The translations under genes and the position numbers were made by a program. The notes below the pieces were generated by a model. It had not been told where the DNA came from and did not search any database. It worked only from the letters and a program-made list of their open reading frames with translations. DNA of 63,680 nucleotides, the filler included, from Octopus bimaculoides (lineage: Eukaryota), in the NCBI RefSeq assembly GCF_001194135.2. It is 5 parts of 5 records of this genome, joined end to end, with 100 filler letters (N's around TTAATTAATTAA, not from the genome) between each part and the next. Parts side by side here need not be neighbours in the genome. Positions count along the whole stretch, not along the records: positions 48,617 to 61,283 come from NC_068987.1; positions 61,384 to 63,680 come from NC_068988.1; 3 more parts are not named here. One strand, given 5' to 3'. Below are positions 52,064 through 63,680 of this stretch, one piece after another. Each line of letters begins with the position of its first letter. Position 1 is the first letter of the stretch.

Positions 52064-53048
52064 ATGGATAAGAGTGAAACAAGAGAGTTTTTATTTTTTG
52101 TTATTTCTAGCAGGTCATTAAACCACCTAGAGGTTCCACGTTAGCTATGAGTGATGGTTGTAAAAACGTCAATTCTGGTATAGATAAACCATAAATTTCA
52201 TGGGTCGGAACAATCAAACTGAGATCAGTTTTGGACCGCTTTTTATTTTATTCAAACTAATCCCTGATCTCCATGCATGTTACTGACTGCATTTCTTGAC
52301 CGCTACTTATTTCATGGATATCAATTTCTCGTCACAAAAATGAATCGTTTTTTAATCGAATTGTAACATGTGATGAGATATGGATCCAATACAACAACCG
52401 TAAGCGTTCAGCACAATGGTTGGACAAAGATGAGCCACCAAAATACAGTCCAAATAGCAAAATTCATCAAAAGAAGCTGATGGTGTGTGTTCGACGGTCT
52501 GGCGCAGGTGTGATCCGTTATGATTTCATTAAACCCGGCTCATCAACCACGTCTGCGGTAAACTGCAGCCAACTGGATCAAATGATGCAGAAACTTACAA
52601 AAAAAAAACAGCCTAGAGTAGTCAATAGATCCGCTTCTATTTTATTGCAAGATAATGCCAGACCACACATCGCAAAAATAGCATTGATGATTGGNNNNNN
52701 NNNNNNNNNNNNNNNNNNNNNNNNNNNNNNNNNNNNNNNNNNNNNNNNNNNNNNNNNNNNNNNNNNNNNNNNNNNNNNNNNNNNNNNNNNNNNNNNNNAT
52801 TTGGATAACTTTTTGATAGGGAAAAAAATTCAAAATTGACGATACTGTCAAACAGGCCTTCCAAGATTTTATTGACTCTAGATTGCCAGGTTTTTACAGT
52901 TCCGGGCTGGACAAGCTACCGCTGAAATGGCAAAAGTGTATTGGCAATATGGGTGCATACTTTAATGAATAAAAATATTCCTTGTATTTATAAAATATTA
53001 GCAAACTTTTTTTTTCCTTTTCTACAAATTTCATACTTGACGACCTAA
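52064..53048 (+). mobile_element. Mariner (DD34D) transposon remnant
   Basis: MDKSE start, 'RIVTCDEIWIQYNN', 'LLQDNARPH' and C-terminal 'KLPLKWQKCI..GAYF'. Right end ...gacctaa followed by TA. Gapped and frameshifted. Confidence 0.9.
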
Positions 53049-53061
53049 TATATTCATATGA

Positions 53062-53340
53062 TATAGCAAATATTCCAATAGCGTTGCCCAAATGATGTTC
53101 GTTTCAGCTTTAAAATTCACCCTAAACTTGTTCTTCGTGTCATCCATCCTCTGCAAAAATCATGTTTGCGTCACATCACAACACTAAGAACTATTTCACC
53201 TGAACAGGCCCTGCTTTATTTAATATCATCCCAAGATACATAAGAGAATCAAAAGATCTCATAACATTCTAACAGTTACTGGATGACTATCTCCAACAAA
53301 TTCCAGATAAACCACCTACACCAAAACAAGTACTCTTTAT
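53062..53340 (+). mobile_element. CR1/L2-type LINE 3' end remnant
   Basis: GPALFNIIPRYIRE..F.QLLDDYLQQIPDKPPTP, typical of the CR1-group ORF2 C-terminus. Confidence 0.7.
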
Positions 53341-54504
53341 TCGAATGGGCTATGATGCCCAAAGAAAGACTGTAATAAGAAATAACATTAAATGTTTTTT
53401 CCAGGTGGTGCTATTAAGTTAGACATGGCCTGGGCCACTTCTGACCGAAACTTATGCGTGTGTGTGTGCGACATATTCTTGCGTAGTTTCCGTATACCGA
53501 ACTCTACAAGTCATTAAGCCAACTTAAGATTATGGTAAAAAAGACAAACAAAAGCAGTTTACCACTGTGCGATGTAATAATACCGAACACTACGCAATGT
53601 GGTTGAAAAGCGAACCACAAAAACATACAACCACGTTTGCATCTTGTATTTATTTTATTGACCGAGGTACTATAACGGTGCATATTTTATCGACCCCAGA
53701 ATGGTAACAATCAAAGATGACTTCTGTAGCTTTTAAATTCAGAATGTGTCATTTAGTGGTAAAGGTTTTGAGTTGGCTTTTTTTAGCTATTGTTTTGTTT
53801 TGTTTTGTTCTTTTGTTTTTTGTTTGTTTTTCTGTGTGTTTATGTTTTTGTTAGTTTTTTTTTCTTTTTTTTTTCTTTTTTAAAATATAAACGTTATTGG
53901 TTTGTAAATGAAGCACCACACCAGAAATTTGGTAAAGATAAAAGTGACTCAGTAATTATATTATTGATCCAAGAAGGTTGAAAGGCAAAGTCAAGCTCAG
54001 AATTTTAAAGGGACGTAACTGAATTTGACGCAGCTTTATGTTCGATTCATTACCCAGCCTGTCAATCAAATACCGTTTTTAATATAAATAATATTAAATA
54101 CTAAATTGAATAAAAACACTTATTTAAGATTAAAGAAATCGATATCTAAATACTAAGTGATGTATACGTGTTTAGAAACATATCAGCTTTGTTGGAGTGT
54201 TTTTTTACCCTTTCAAATTGGTGTACAGCTGCGAATGAATCTTGTTTAATAGGCGTGTGTTTGTCTATGTATATATATANNNNNNNNNNNNNNNNNNNNN
54301 NNNNNNNNNNNNNNNNNNNNNNNNNNNNNNNNNNNNNNNNNNNNNNNNNNNNNNNNNNNNNNNNNNNNNNNNNNNNNNNNNNNNNNNNNNNNNNNNNNNN
54401 NNNNNNNNNNNNNNNNNNNNNNNNNNNNNNNNNNNNNNNNNNNNNNNNNNNNNNNNNNNNNNNNATATGATATAAAATTTTTACAATATATATCATTTTA
54501 TATA

Positions 54505-54551
<47 letters not shown>

Positions 54552-54713
54552 ATATATATATACATATGTGTATGTATGTATATAATGATAGAATAGAATA
54601 TACGTAGAATATATGTATACATTATATATATATATATACACTAATACACACACACACACATTATATACATTCATACATACGTACATGCACACACGTATAC
54701 ATTGTCTGCTGAC

Positions 54714-54746
<33 letters not shown>

Positions 54747-55254
54747 TAAATTATTTCGTTGAAATTGAAACACTGTAGTTTGTAAAGAAACGATTTAATA
54801 AACAAATATTGATTCGCGGCGTAATAATATCTTGAATTTTTTTTTCTTTTTCTTCTTGATAGTAGCTAACAAGTAAAAACGTACTACTAACCCTTCGAAC
54901 ATCTATGTATGACTGTGTATGTACGTATGTGCAATGTATGTGTGCGGGTGTCTGTGTGCGTGCGTGTCTTATGTACTTATGTTTCCTATCTAGATATAAA
55001 TATACATGTAGTTGGTTCAGTGCATTGCAATTATTCATTGCAAGTGTCTGAAGAAGCAGCCTGTGTGTATCGTGCCTGTCTGTCCAATATTGTAGTTAGT
55101 CGTGAACTTTGTAATTTTACGTTTACCAACAGATTTGTAAACCGTATTTGACATATATGCAACTTGTTCGCGGGTTTACGTTTGTAGCTTATTGTTGGTG
55201 ATAAGACGATTCTTTTATATATATTATTTCAGTGTTTTGGTGGTATATCATTAA

Positions 55255-55405
55255 AGCAGTGAGCTGACTGAGTGGTGTGGATAGATTTTCTTGCAGTATT
55301 CCATCTTTTTTTTTTCATTGTGAGTTCAAATTGCATCGAGGTTCAACTTTACCATTCATCTTTTTGGGTTTGATAAATAAGATACCAGTTGTGTACTGAC
55401 TTCAA
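55255..55405 (+). mobile_element. Old SINE (family A) remnant
   Basis: gagttcaaatt..tttgataaataagataccagttgtgtactg core. Confidence 0.55.
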
Positions 55406-55475
55406 TACTTCGTTCTCCCTCTCACTTTCTCTCTCTCACTCTCTCTATCTATCTCTCTATCTCTTTCTTTCTCTC

Positions 55476-55512
<37 letters not shown>

Positions 55513-55970
55513 CTCAATCTCTTTCTCTCTCCCTCTCTCTCTCCCTCTCTCTCGCCCTCTCTTCTGTCTTTTTCTCTTTCCGGAAAAAACGTGCAGTGGT
55601 CCAACTTGGAGGAAGACGGGCTCCGCTCGGTCTAAAACTGTCCAAGAAAAACCTTTATGACATACTATGTAGCTTGGGAGTTGATGACCCGTCAGGGATT
55701 TAAGACCCAAGGCAAGGTGTATACGACTACGATTAATTTAAGGTTTGGAGAATGCTTTTGGATCCTGCTTTTAAGGTTTACATTGTGCGTTCACCTATCA
55801 TTTGTATACCTTTGATTCATGTCATACATTTTATTTATGGTTTATAAATTTTTAATAGGATGTTGTGTTTCTTTCTGGTCGAGAATCTAAATCCCTTTCT
55901 AAGAAGTGATTTCAAGACTGACATCTGTTTCTATGTGTATATTCGTATTCGTTGATAACCAACACTATAT

Positions 55971-56288
55971 AATAAAAAAAATTATCTTCAGAACAACAGT
56001 GAGTGTTCTGATAAATTGATTGTCCAAAATATTGAACAATATAGACAAAAATAAGGCATCAAATATAAATACAAAACCCGCATATAAAGTGTATTGCTAG
56101 AATCAAATGTATTCCAGCAGAAGAGTAAATACATCATCAGAAAGTCATAAAATGGAATATGACTACATTATATCTAACCATAAACTAACGCTAATAATTT
56201 ACGACAGAAATAATGGCGTAAAAACTATTTTTAGCGTCAAACTATAAGTTTAACCCTGCTGCGCCGTATTCCCGCTATAGCGGTAAGG
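55971..56288. repeat. Dispersed direct repeat, copy 1 (copy 2 at 59143-59492)
   Basis: Colinear similarity (caatatagacaaaaataagg, cataaactaac, acgacag.aataatg, ttaaccctg..cgccgt.ttccc) ending in a GC-rich palindrome. Confidence 0.8.
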
Positions 56289-56311
56289 AACATTTCACAG
56301 AGAAAAAGAAG

Positions 56312-56521
56312 ATGCGGCTGATTCTGTCCATTAGTGTGTGTGCGATCATTACTCTTGAGCTATGTATGCAGCTATATGTTTTGGCGGGAGGTGGGGTTCG
56401 GGAGCCCAGGTGGAACTCGGGAGTCCAGTTAGACACGAGGCCCAAATCTGATAGAATTGAGCCCATGAATAAACTTCTAATGGCTTGTGTGATATTTATT
56501 AATTCGATTGCAAAGACGTAA
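56312..56521 (+). CDS. Candidate small secreted-peptide ORF or exon (MRLILSISVCAIITLELCMQLYVLA-GGGVREPRW..)
   Basis: Signal-peptide-like N-terminus, upstream acceptor tttcacag and possible donor AC|gtaaat; no homology recognised. Confidence 0.2.
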   Translation: MRLILSISVCAIITLELCMQLYVLAGGGVREPRWNSGVQLDTRPKSDRIEPMNKLLMACVIFINSIAKT

Positions 56522-56897
56522 ATTGTAAACTTTACGATTACATTTGTTATGTTAACCAAAATTGCACGACACTCTCCTGGCGGCTCGCCACACACTTATA
56601 ACAATGAGAATTTTCAATGCACTGCACAACACATGACAAAACAAAACTAGATTGGAAAACTTTAGTCGACAACACATCTACATTATAGAGAATTCTCTAC
56701 AATGGTAAATGATTAATGATCAAAGCAACATGTGTGCACGTATACGTATATAAGGTCGCCTGATGTATATTGTGCTTCTTATACCTCTACTGATAGCTTG
56801 CACTATATTGTTCTATCGAGTATTTTGCGAATGCATTTTGGTATACTTGCCTACACACATAGCATACATATACACATACATACATGTACATACATAC

Positions 56898-56985
<88 letters not shown>

Positions 56986-57193
56986 NNNNNNNNNNNNNNN
57001 NNNNNNNNNNNNNNNNNNNNNNNNNNNNNNNNNNNNNNNNNNNNNNNNNNNNNNNNNNNNNNNNNNNNNNNNNNNNNNNNNNNNNNNNNNNNNNNNNNNN
57101 NNNNNNNNNNNNNNNNNNNNNNNNNNNNNNNNNNNNNNNNNNNNNNNNNNNNNNNNNNNNNNNNNNNATATGTATGTATATATGTGTGTATAT

Positions 57194-57224
<31 letters not shown>

Positions 57225-57269
57225 CATATATACATATATATATATACTTATATATATATACACATATAT

Positions 57270-57300
<31 letters not shown>

Positions 57301-58186
57301 CACACATGTATATGTTTTTTTCTTTTCATTATCATTGAACAATAAAGAGAATATCGTAATTAGATTAATGACGAAAGAATAAAAATCAATTTAAATTCAT
57401 TTAAGGATTAACTAAAGTCTTCTTATCATCTACTAATGTGTTTCTGGATTTTTCTTTCATCAATGTAGTTTTACAAGATTTTCGTAATTTCACAATAATT
57501 AGTATTTTATGTTCACGAATTTCTTAAGGTTGTTTTGTCTTGCTTTTTTTTTTTAGTTTCCTTTTCCTACGCGACATGTTTTCCAGCAGATTTGTTTTAA
57601 TGTGAGACATCATTCAATTTGAAACTCTTAAATAGTTAAATACAAAACCGTTTACAGTCAACATAGATCACAACGTTAGATATGAAGAGAAAAATGATGT
57701 TACCACTTTTTGCAGCTTAGGTTTCATCTGAAGTGCGACTAGGTGAAGTAAAATACACTTTGGATTGCAACAGCAGTGTTTTAGCATATTTTCTATATCC
57801 ACCAAACAAAAAGATCTATACGTATCAGTATGCATAAACATGTGCATGCACATATGCACTTAACTATATGTTCTTCAAGCAGAAAGCATCCCTGAGAAAT
57901 TTTCCAGTAGTGTTCCACCAAGAGATCTCTGAAGTAACATTACTCGACACGGTGCGTTGCTCGGAGATCGGGGAGCCTTTATAATCGAGAGGCTACTTCG
58001 CTGCATTGGTGGTGGGGAGCAGGGTTACAACTCTGGCATTAGAATGTAGCAGGAAAGAATCGCGTGATAGATTCTCCAGGCTGAACCAACCGACAGGGGA
58101 CCTTGTTTCGCTGTGTCCGTGGGAACCAGTATCCCACCAATAATAGAGTAAAATTGAAATGTGTTTTTATAAATCATAATCTGGTC

Positions 58187-58211
58187 TGTTGTTGTTGTTG
58201 TTGTTGTTGTT

Positions 58212-58273
<62 letters not shown>

Positions 58274-58305
58274 CGATGACGACAACGACGACGACGACGA
58301 CGACT
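58187..58305. repeat. (TTG)/(CTG)/(ATG)/(ACG)n compound microsatellite
   Basis: Visible tandem triplets. Confidence 0.95.
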
Positions 58306-58764
58306 ATGAGGATTTTGTTGTAGTCACTCTGTCCTTGACGTTGCTGTACAGCCCTACTACACATACACAATAAGCAATAGTCTACAAAAAAAGCAGTCAA
58401 CTTTCCCTCAAAATCACCCCCTGCCGCCCTCAAGACAAAAGGACACATTGGATTATATAAATACTGTCTGAGAAAAAGATAGGACGATAATGGCAAAATA
58501 TGTCTTCGATCACAGTTTTGTCCTAATAATGCAGATTTTTGAATTAACAGTAGTAGCGAGTCAACAAGGAAATCCCTACGATCTGCTAGAAATAAGTCAA
58601 TTTTTTTCTCAAATCACGCCTTGCTGTCACTGCTGGCTTGCAAAAAGAAGTGCCTGTTATAAGGTGGGATAGTCACGGTTGAAACACCTTTGATCAGAGG
58701 TCTTCTTGATTGCAGCTAACCTGAGGATAAATGAATGGCTATGTTCCTCCTAGACATTGTTGTT

Positions 58765-59120
58765 GTCGAGGGTTCCAGTTGATCCGATCAATAGAACAGC
58801 CTGCTCATGAAATTAACGTGCAAGTGGCTGAGCACTCCACAGACACGTGTACCCTTAACGTAGTTCTCGGGGATATTCAGCGTGACACAGTGTGACAAAG
58901 CTGACCCTTTGAATTACAGGCACAACAGAAACAGAAAGTAAGAGTGAGAGAAAGTTGTGGTGGAAGAGTACAGCAGGGTTCGCCAGCATCCCCTGCAGGA
59001 GCCTCATGGAGCTTTAGGTGTTTTCGCTCAATAAACACTCACAATGCCCGGTCTGGGAATCGAAACCGCGATCCTATGACCGCGAGTCCGCTGCCCTAAC
59101 CACTGGGCCATTGCGCCTCC
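58765..59120 (-). mobile_element. tRNA-derived SINE (family C), inverted copy
   Basis: Reverse complement of 51509-51870 with few differences. Confidence 0.9.
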
Positions 59121-59142
59121 ACTGCTCCTAGGCATATCTTCT

Positions 59143-59492
59143 ACATAAAAAAATCTTATTTTCAGAATAACAATAGGTATTCTTATAATAGACCATAACG
59201 TGGGACAATATAGACAAAAATAAGGTACAGTAAGTACATCATACACTACACATAATATAAACACAAAACACCACATATAATGTGTATTACTTGAATTAAA
59301 TGCATTCCAACAACAGAATACATTAACACATCAACAAAAGCGTCATAAACCAGAATACAAGTACATTACATCAAGGCATAAACTAACACTAATATTATAC
59401 GACAGGAATAATGACGCTAAAGCTGTTTTCAGTGTCAAACCATAAGCTTAACCCTGTCACGCCGTGTTCCCTCTGTAGCGGGAATAGGTTAA
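59143..59492. repeat. Dispersed direct repeat, copy 2
   Basis: See 55971-56288. Confidence 0.8.
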
Positions 59493-59711
59493 ACGTCATC
59501 TCAGCCGGATGCTCGGTAAAGCAGTAATGAACAACAGCTGTAGCTTTCTTTGATATTGTTACTGTACAATACTTATTACTAAGGAAAAGTTAGTGGAACC
59601 CGGTGAAATAAGTACCAATAAAACAGATCAAAAGTTGCTGAAAATTCCAGCGTGGGCGTAATTTAATGGCAAGACTAAATAACTGTGGATATTGCTCTGT
59701 ATATCAAGACG

Positions 59712-59905
59712 GAGAGCAGGCAGAATTGTTAGCACGCCGGGCAAAATGCTTAACGGCATTTCGTACGTCTTTATGTTCTGAGTTCAAATTCTGCCGAAAT
59801 CGACTTCATCGTTTCGGGATCGTTAAAATAAGTATCAATTGAGTTCTGGGGGTCGATGTAATCGACTTGCCTTTCCTGAAGTTGCTGGCTTTGTGCAAAA
59901 CTTTG
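59712..59905 (+). mobile_element. tRNA-derived SINE (family A), diverged
   Basis: Same head and core as the 26456 copy. Confidence 0.75.
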
Positions 59906-60214
59906 AAGCCGATAGTACTCTATTTATCGTTGTTATACAAGCGTACTCTGCTCTCTCATTATCAGAGAAAGTGTGTACTCTCTATATAGACACATAGGAA
60001 CATACACATATACACATGCAAGTAGACACATGGATAAAATAGACAGACAAACGAATGCGCGCGTGCACGCACGCACACATACACACAAACAAATATCCGC
60101 TCACACAGACAACCTGTTCCCTCTCTTAATCTCTTATTCTTTCTTCCATTGTGACTTTCTCTTTATCTCCTGTTGTCTTTCTTTCTCTTTCGCTCTCTCT
60201 TTCTTTCCTATTTA

Positions 60215-60246
<32 letters not shown>

Positions 60247-61241
60247 CCCTCTCTCCCCGCCCCTCTTCCTCTCTCTCTCTCTCTTTCTTTCCCTCTCTCC
60301 CCGCCCCTCTTCCTCTCTCNNNNNNNNNNNNNNNNNNNNNNNNNNNNNNNNNNNNNNNNNNNNNNNNNNNNNNNNNNNNNNNNNNNNNNNNNNNNNNNNN
60401 NNNNNNNNNNNNNNNNNNNNNNNNNNNNNNNNNNNNNNNNNNNNNNNNNNNNNNNNNNNNNNNNNNNNNNNNNNNNNNNNNNNNNNNNNNNNNNNNNNNN
60501 NNNNNNNNNNNNNNNNNNNNNNNNNNNNNNNNNNNNNNNNNNNNNNNNNNNNNNNNNNNNNNNNNNNNNNNNNNNNNNNNNNNNNNNNNNNNNNNNNNNN
60601 NNNNNNNNNNNNNNNNNNNNNNNNNNNNNNNNNNNNNNNNNNNNNNNNNNNNNNNNNNNNNNNNNNNNNTCTCTCTCAATTCTATCTCCGCCCCCTTTCA
60701 CCTCCTTATACGCCTACACAACGTTTCTTTTCTTCAGCGCTTCGCCGTTTTATTATCAAATCCTACACATCTCCCTTTTACCATCCCTCCAACACTCACA
60801 GCTCACCTCTATTACCAGTTCACACGCTCAACATCTTCATCTACATCTTCATCTTCCATCTCTCTCTCTCTCTCTCCCTCTATGTCTCTCTCTGTATCTT
60901 TTACAAATTTCTCCACTCCCCCCTCTCTTATAACACCCTACACTCTTCCATTCCCTCACTCTCCTACTCCTCTATTCCTCACACCACCATTCCCTCACAA
61001 GCCCTCTCTCCCATTTCCTCCCCATTTTATCACAGTTGTAAGTCAGCTGCAGTCAGTGCACTTTTGTAGTGCTGTAACGAGTAATTGGCTTCTGGTGTAT
61101 GCGTATGCATATATATATATACATGTATATATATGTATGTATGTTTGTATGTATGTATGCATGTATGTATGTGTGTACCTATGTATGTATGCATGTATGT
61201 ATTGTGTACCTATGTATGCATATATATATGTGTATATATAA

Positions 61242-61283
<42 letters not shown>

Positions 61284-61383
61284 NNNNNNNNNNNNNNNNN
61301 NNNNNNNNNNNNNNNNNNNNNNNNNNNTTAATTAATTAANNNNNNNNNNNNNNNNNNNNNNNNNNNNNNNNNNNNNNNNNNNN
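61284..61383. other. Artificial scaffold join
   Basis: 44N + TTAATTAATTAA + 44N. Confidence 0.97.
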
Positions 61384-61414
<31 letters not shown>

Positions 61415-61433
61415 GTAAAAAATAAACAAAAAC

Positions 61434-62367
61434 TGGAGAAATATTAATCAACAACAATTGACTTACACCAACTAATATTTTTCAAATCAATACAAATACA
61501 CTGTATCCTATCTAACAGCCGTTTCTGCTTCCAGTGTTATATGGGATTGCCATTGATATTCTAAAAAGAATATTCATCAGATTTGGTAATATATTTGGTA
61601 ATATTGACAGTTTCCTAAGCTGTTTTGGGCCACTTACGACATTTACTACTTTTCCATACTTTTATTTTTTATTTTATTTATTTATACCAAACAGTCTTAA
61701 TAGCTTGCCGTTTGTGGTTAAATTTAACTGACCAATTATATTGAACGCTGGACCTTGGTTTATTCCATTACGGGCAATAGGTGGTTGGACTTCACAACAT
61801 ATCAGTGAGTAAATAATTGAAATTATTTTCTGTCACTTTATTATGATAAACTATTAATTAGTACTATAAATACAATTATTAAGAATTATTATGATTGCTT
61901 CAAAACATTATGGCACACTCTCTTCCTTTTTAACTAAACCTATTGGGGTATCTCGTTATTGTCATTTTTAAATTTTACTTGTTTTATTAATAATCCACCC
62001 TATTACTCCCATACAAAAATCAACTCGCCGATTATTATTTAAAGTTTAGCCCTCTACTCAACATCCCACAGCAACACATAAGGAAAATGGTTTGATTTAA
62101 ACATATTAAACCTTTCCTTTTCCTCCCGAGGTTCTACTTTTCTATTCTTTTGTTTTACGTATGTATTTTTCTTCCCTCTGATAAAGCTCTATGTTCCAGA
62201 TCAGATTTGTTTTACCAAATAATATGAATATTATTTCTAGAATATCAGTGGCAATATCATATAACAGTGGAAGCAGAAGCAGCTGTTACATGGGATATTG
62301 TCTATGTGTATTCAATCAAACAATAATAATTCATGTAAGTCAATTGTTGTTCATCAATATTTCTCCA
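61434..62367. repeat. Inverted repeat, ~155-bp arms (61434-61589 / 62212-62367)
   Basis: tggagaaatattaatcaacaacaattgacttac.. versus ..gtaagtcaattgttgttcatcaatatttctcca; the arms carry hammerhead-like remnants. Confidence 0.85.
61510..61583 (-). ncRNA. Hammerhead-like motif with extended stem II region
   Basis: CTGATGA-atattct tttt agaatat..-GAAAC-GGCT-GTT-AGA; stem I imperfect. Confidence 0.4.
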
Positions 62368-62504
62368 CGTGTCAAGCATTTCCTTGATATTTAAGAAATA
62401 AATCCATTGTAAAAGAAGTATATATCTGTGTAGTCTGAGGCAATTTACTAATTATTCAAATTATTATAGAACATTAAAGTTATGTGTCTGTGTTTGTATG
62501 TATG

Positions 62505-62535
<31 letters not shown>

Positions 62536-62588
62536 NNNNNNNNNNNNNNNNNNNNNNNNNNNNNNNNNNNNNNNNNNNNNNNNNNNNN

Positions 62589-62655
<67 letters not shown>

Positions 62656-62796
62656 ATGTATATATACAGGGTACAGGACGACACCAATCGGTGCAAATGA
62701 CATGCAATAGTTAAAGAAATGAGGGGAAAACGAGTGAAACACGTTAGCAACAAGAAGAATATGGAAAACAGCACAAGTAAGCACAGAGAAAGACCC

Positions 62797-63449
62797 TTTA
62801 TCAGATGTCGGCTGTCTATCTACTCCTCATTTCGAGCATTCAATGACATTATGAGACTTCAAAGACAGTTGCATACATAAATTCTAAAACAAAATTTAGA
62901 ATTTACGAAGGATCAAATTTGGAAACAAAAACATGATAGCGGGAGACATACAAGGACATCAAACTCACTCATTTCCAAGTAAGTGTATCCTCATCATTTT
63001 GATGCGACTCTCTAAACTGTTTCTCTCTCCTCCCTTCTCTAAGTCTCCTCCCCTCTCTAAGTCTCCTCCCTCCGTAACCGTTTCTACCTCTCTCTCCTCT
63101 TTCTGTTTCCCTTTCTCTCTCGTCGGCCAACCGTGACCATCGTCCATCTTTATTTTCCTCGCGTTTAAAAGAACGGATGTGCTTTTTTCTCTCTTCTATC
63201 TGTTCGCTTCTCCAAGAAAAGGTTTCTCCCAGCATTCACTGTTTTGCTCTCGGTTTGGTCCAGCGACCCTTCATGTTTGTTTTCATTCAGTTTCCATGCA
63301 TATCTCGACTATCATTTTTATTCCCAACTTTCACCCACCATAAATCCTAAATTTTATTTGGGAATTTATGGAAGCAACTGTCTTTGAAGATTCATATTGT
63401 CATTGAATGCTCGAAATGAAGAGCAAATAGATAACCGACAACTGATTAA
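62797..63449. repeat. Inverted repeat, ~108-bp arms (62797-62905 / 63341-63449)
   Basis: tcatttcgagcattcaatgaca..cttcaaagacagttgc versus gcaactgtctttgaag..tgtcattgaatgctcgaaatga. Confidence 0.88.
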
Positions 63450-63619
63450 TGTTTACTTGTGTTTACTTGTCTGTGTTTACTTGTGTGTGTTTACTTGTCC
63501 TGTTTTCCATTTCTTCTCGTTGCTTACGTATTTCATTCATTTTCCCCTCATTTGTTTATCTATTGCATGTTATTTGCACCGTTGGTGTCATCCTGTACCC
63601 TGTATATATATGCATACAT

Positions 63620-63680
<61 letters not shown>

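Noticed and set aside
58405-58480. 'CLEGG' resembling the TRPM 'VxxGG' motif
   Set aside because: Flanked by in-frame stops on both sides.

Overview
This is repeat-dense, AT-rich metazoan genomic DNA. It is most likely Octopus (inferred from the SINE families I recognise and the extreme microsatellite load). The window has many N-gaps and four artificial 100-bp scaffold joins (44 N + TTAATTAATTAA + 44 N) that split it into five independently assembled blocks. Almost all long ORFs in the supplied track are microsatellite or N artefacts. The real host coding signal is small and lies on the minus strand. First, two in-phase exons (42821-42906, 40939-41111) encode part of the N-terminal MHR region of a TRPM-family cation channel. 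Second, a 689-nt Thr/Ser-rich mucin-like exon starting with a signal-peptide tail (16377-17065) joins in phase to a 144-nt exon (11231-11374). The rest is transposon-derived: a Tc1 element with TIRs and TA target-site duplication (TSD), a mariner remnant, a mariner-derived hairpin MITE, a large Tx1/L1-clade LINE plus an older relative, R4/Dong, RTE, CR1-like, Penelope and Gypsy remnants, and many tRNA-derived SINEs. The most notable observations are: a GT-AG intron-like spacer whose removal would fuse LINE ORF1 and ORF2 in frame; a family of minimal hammerhead-ribozyme motifs, two of them facing each other in a ~540-bp hairpin; and several long inverted repeats in or near the TRPM locus. All calls are by eye; no searches were run.
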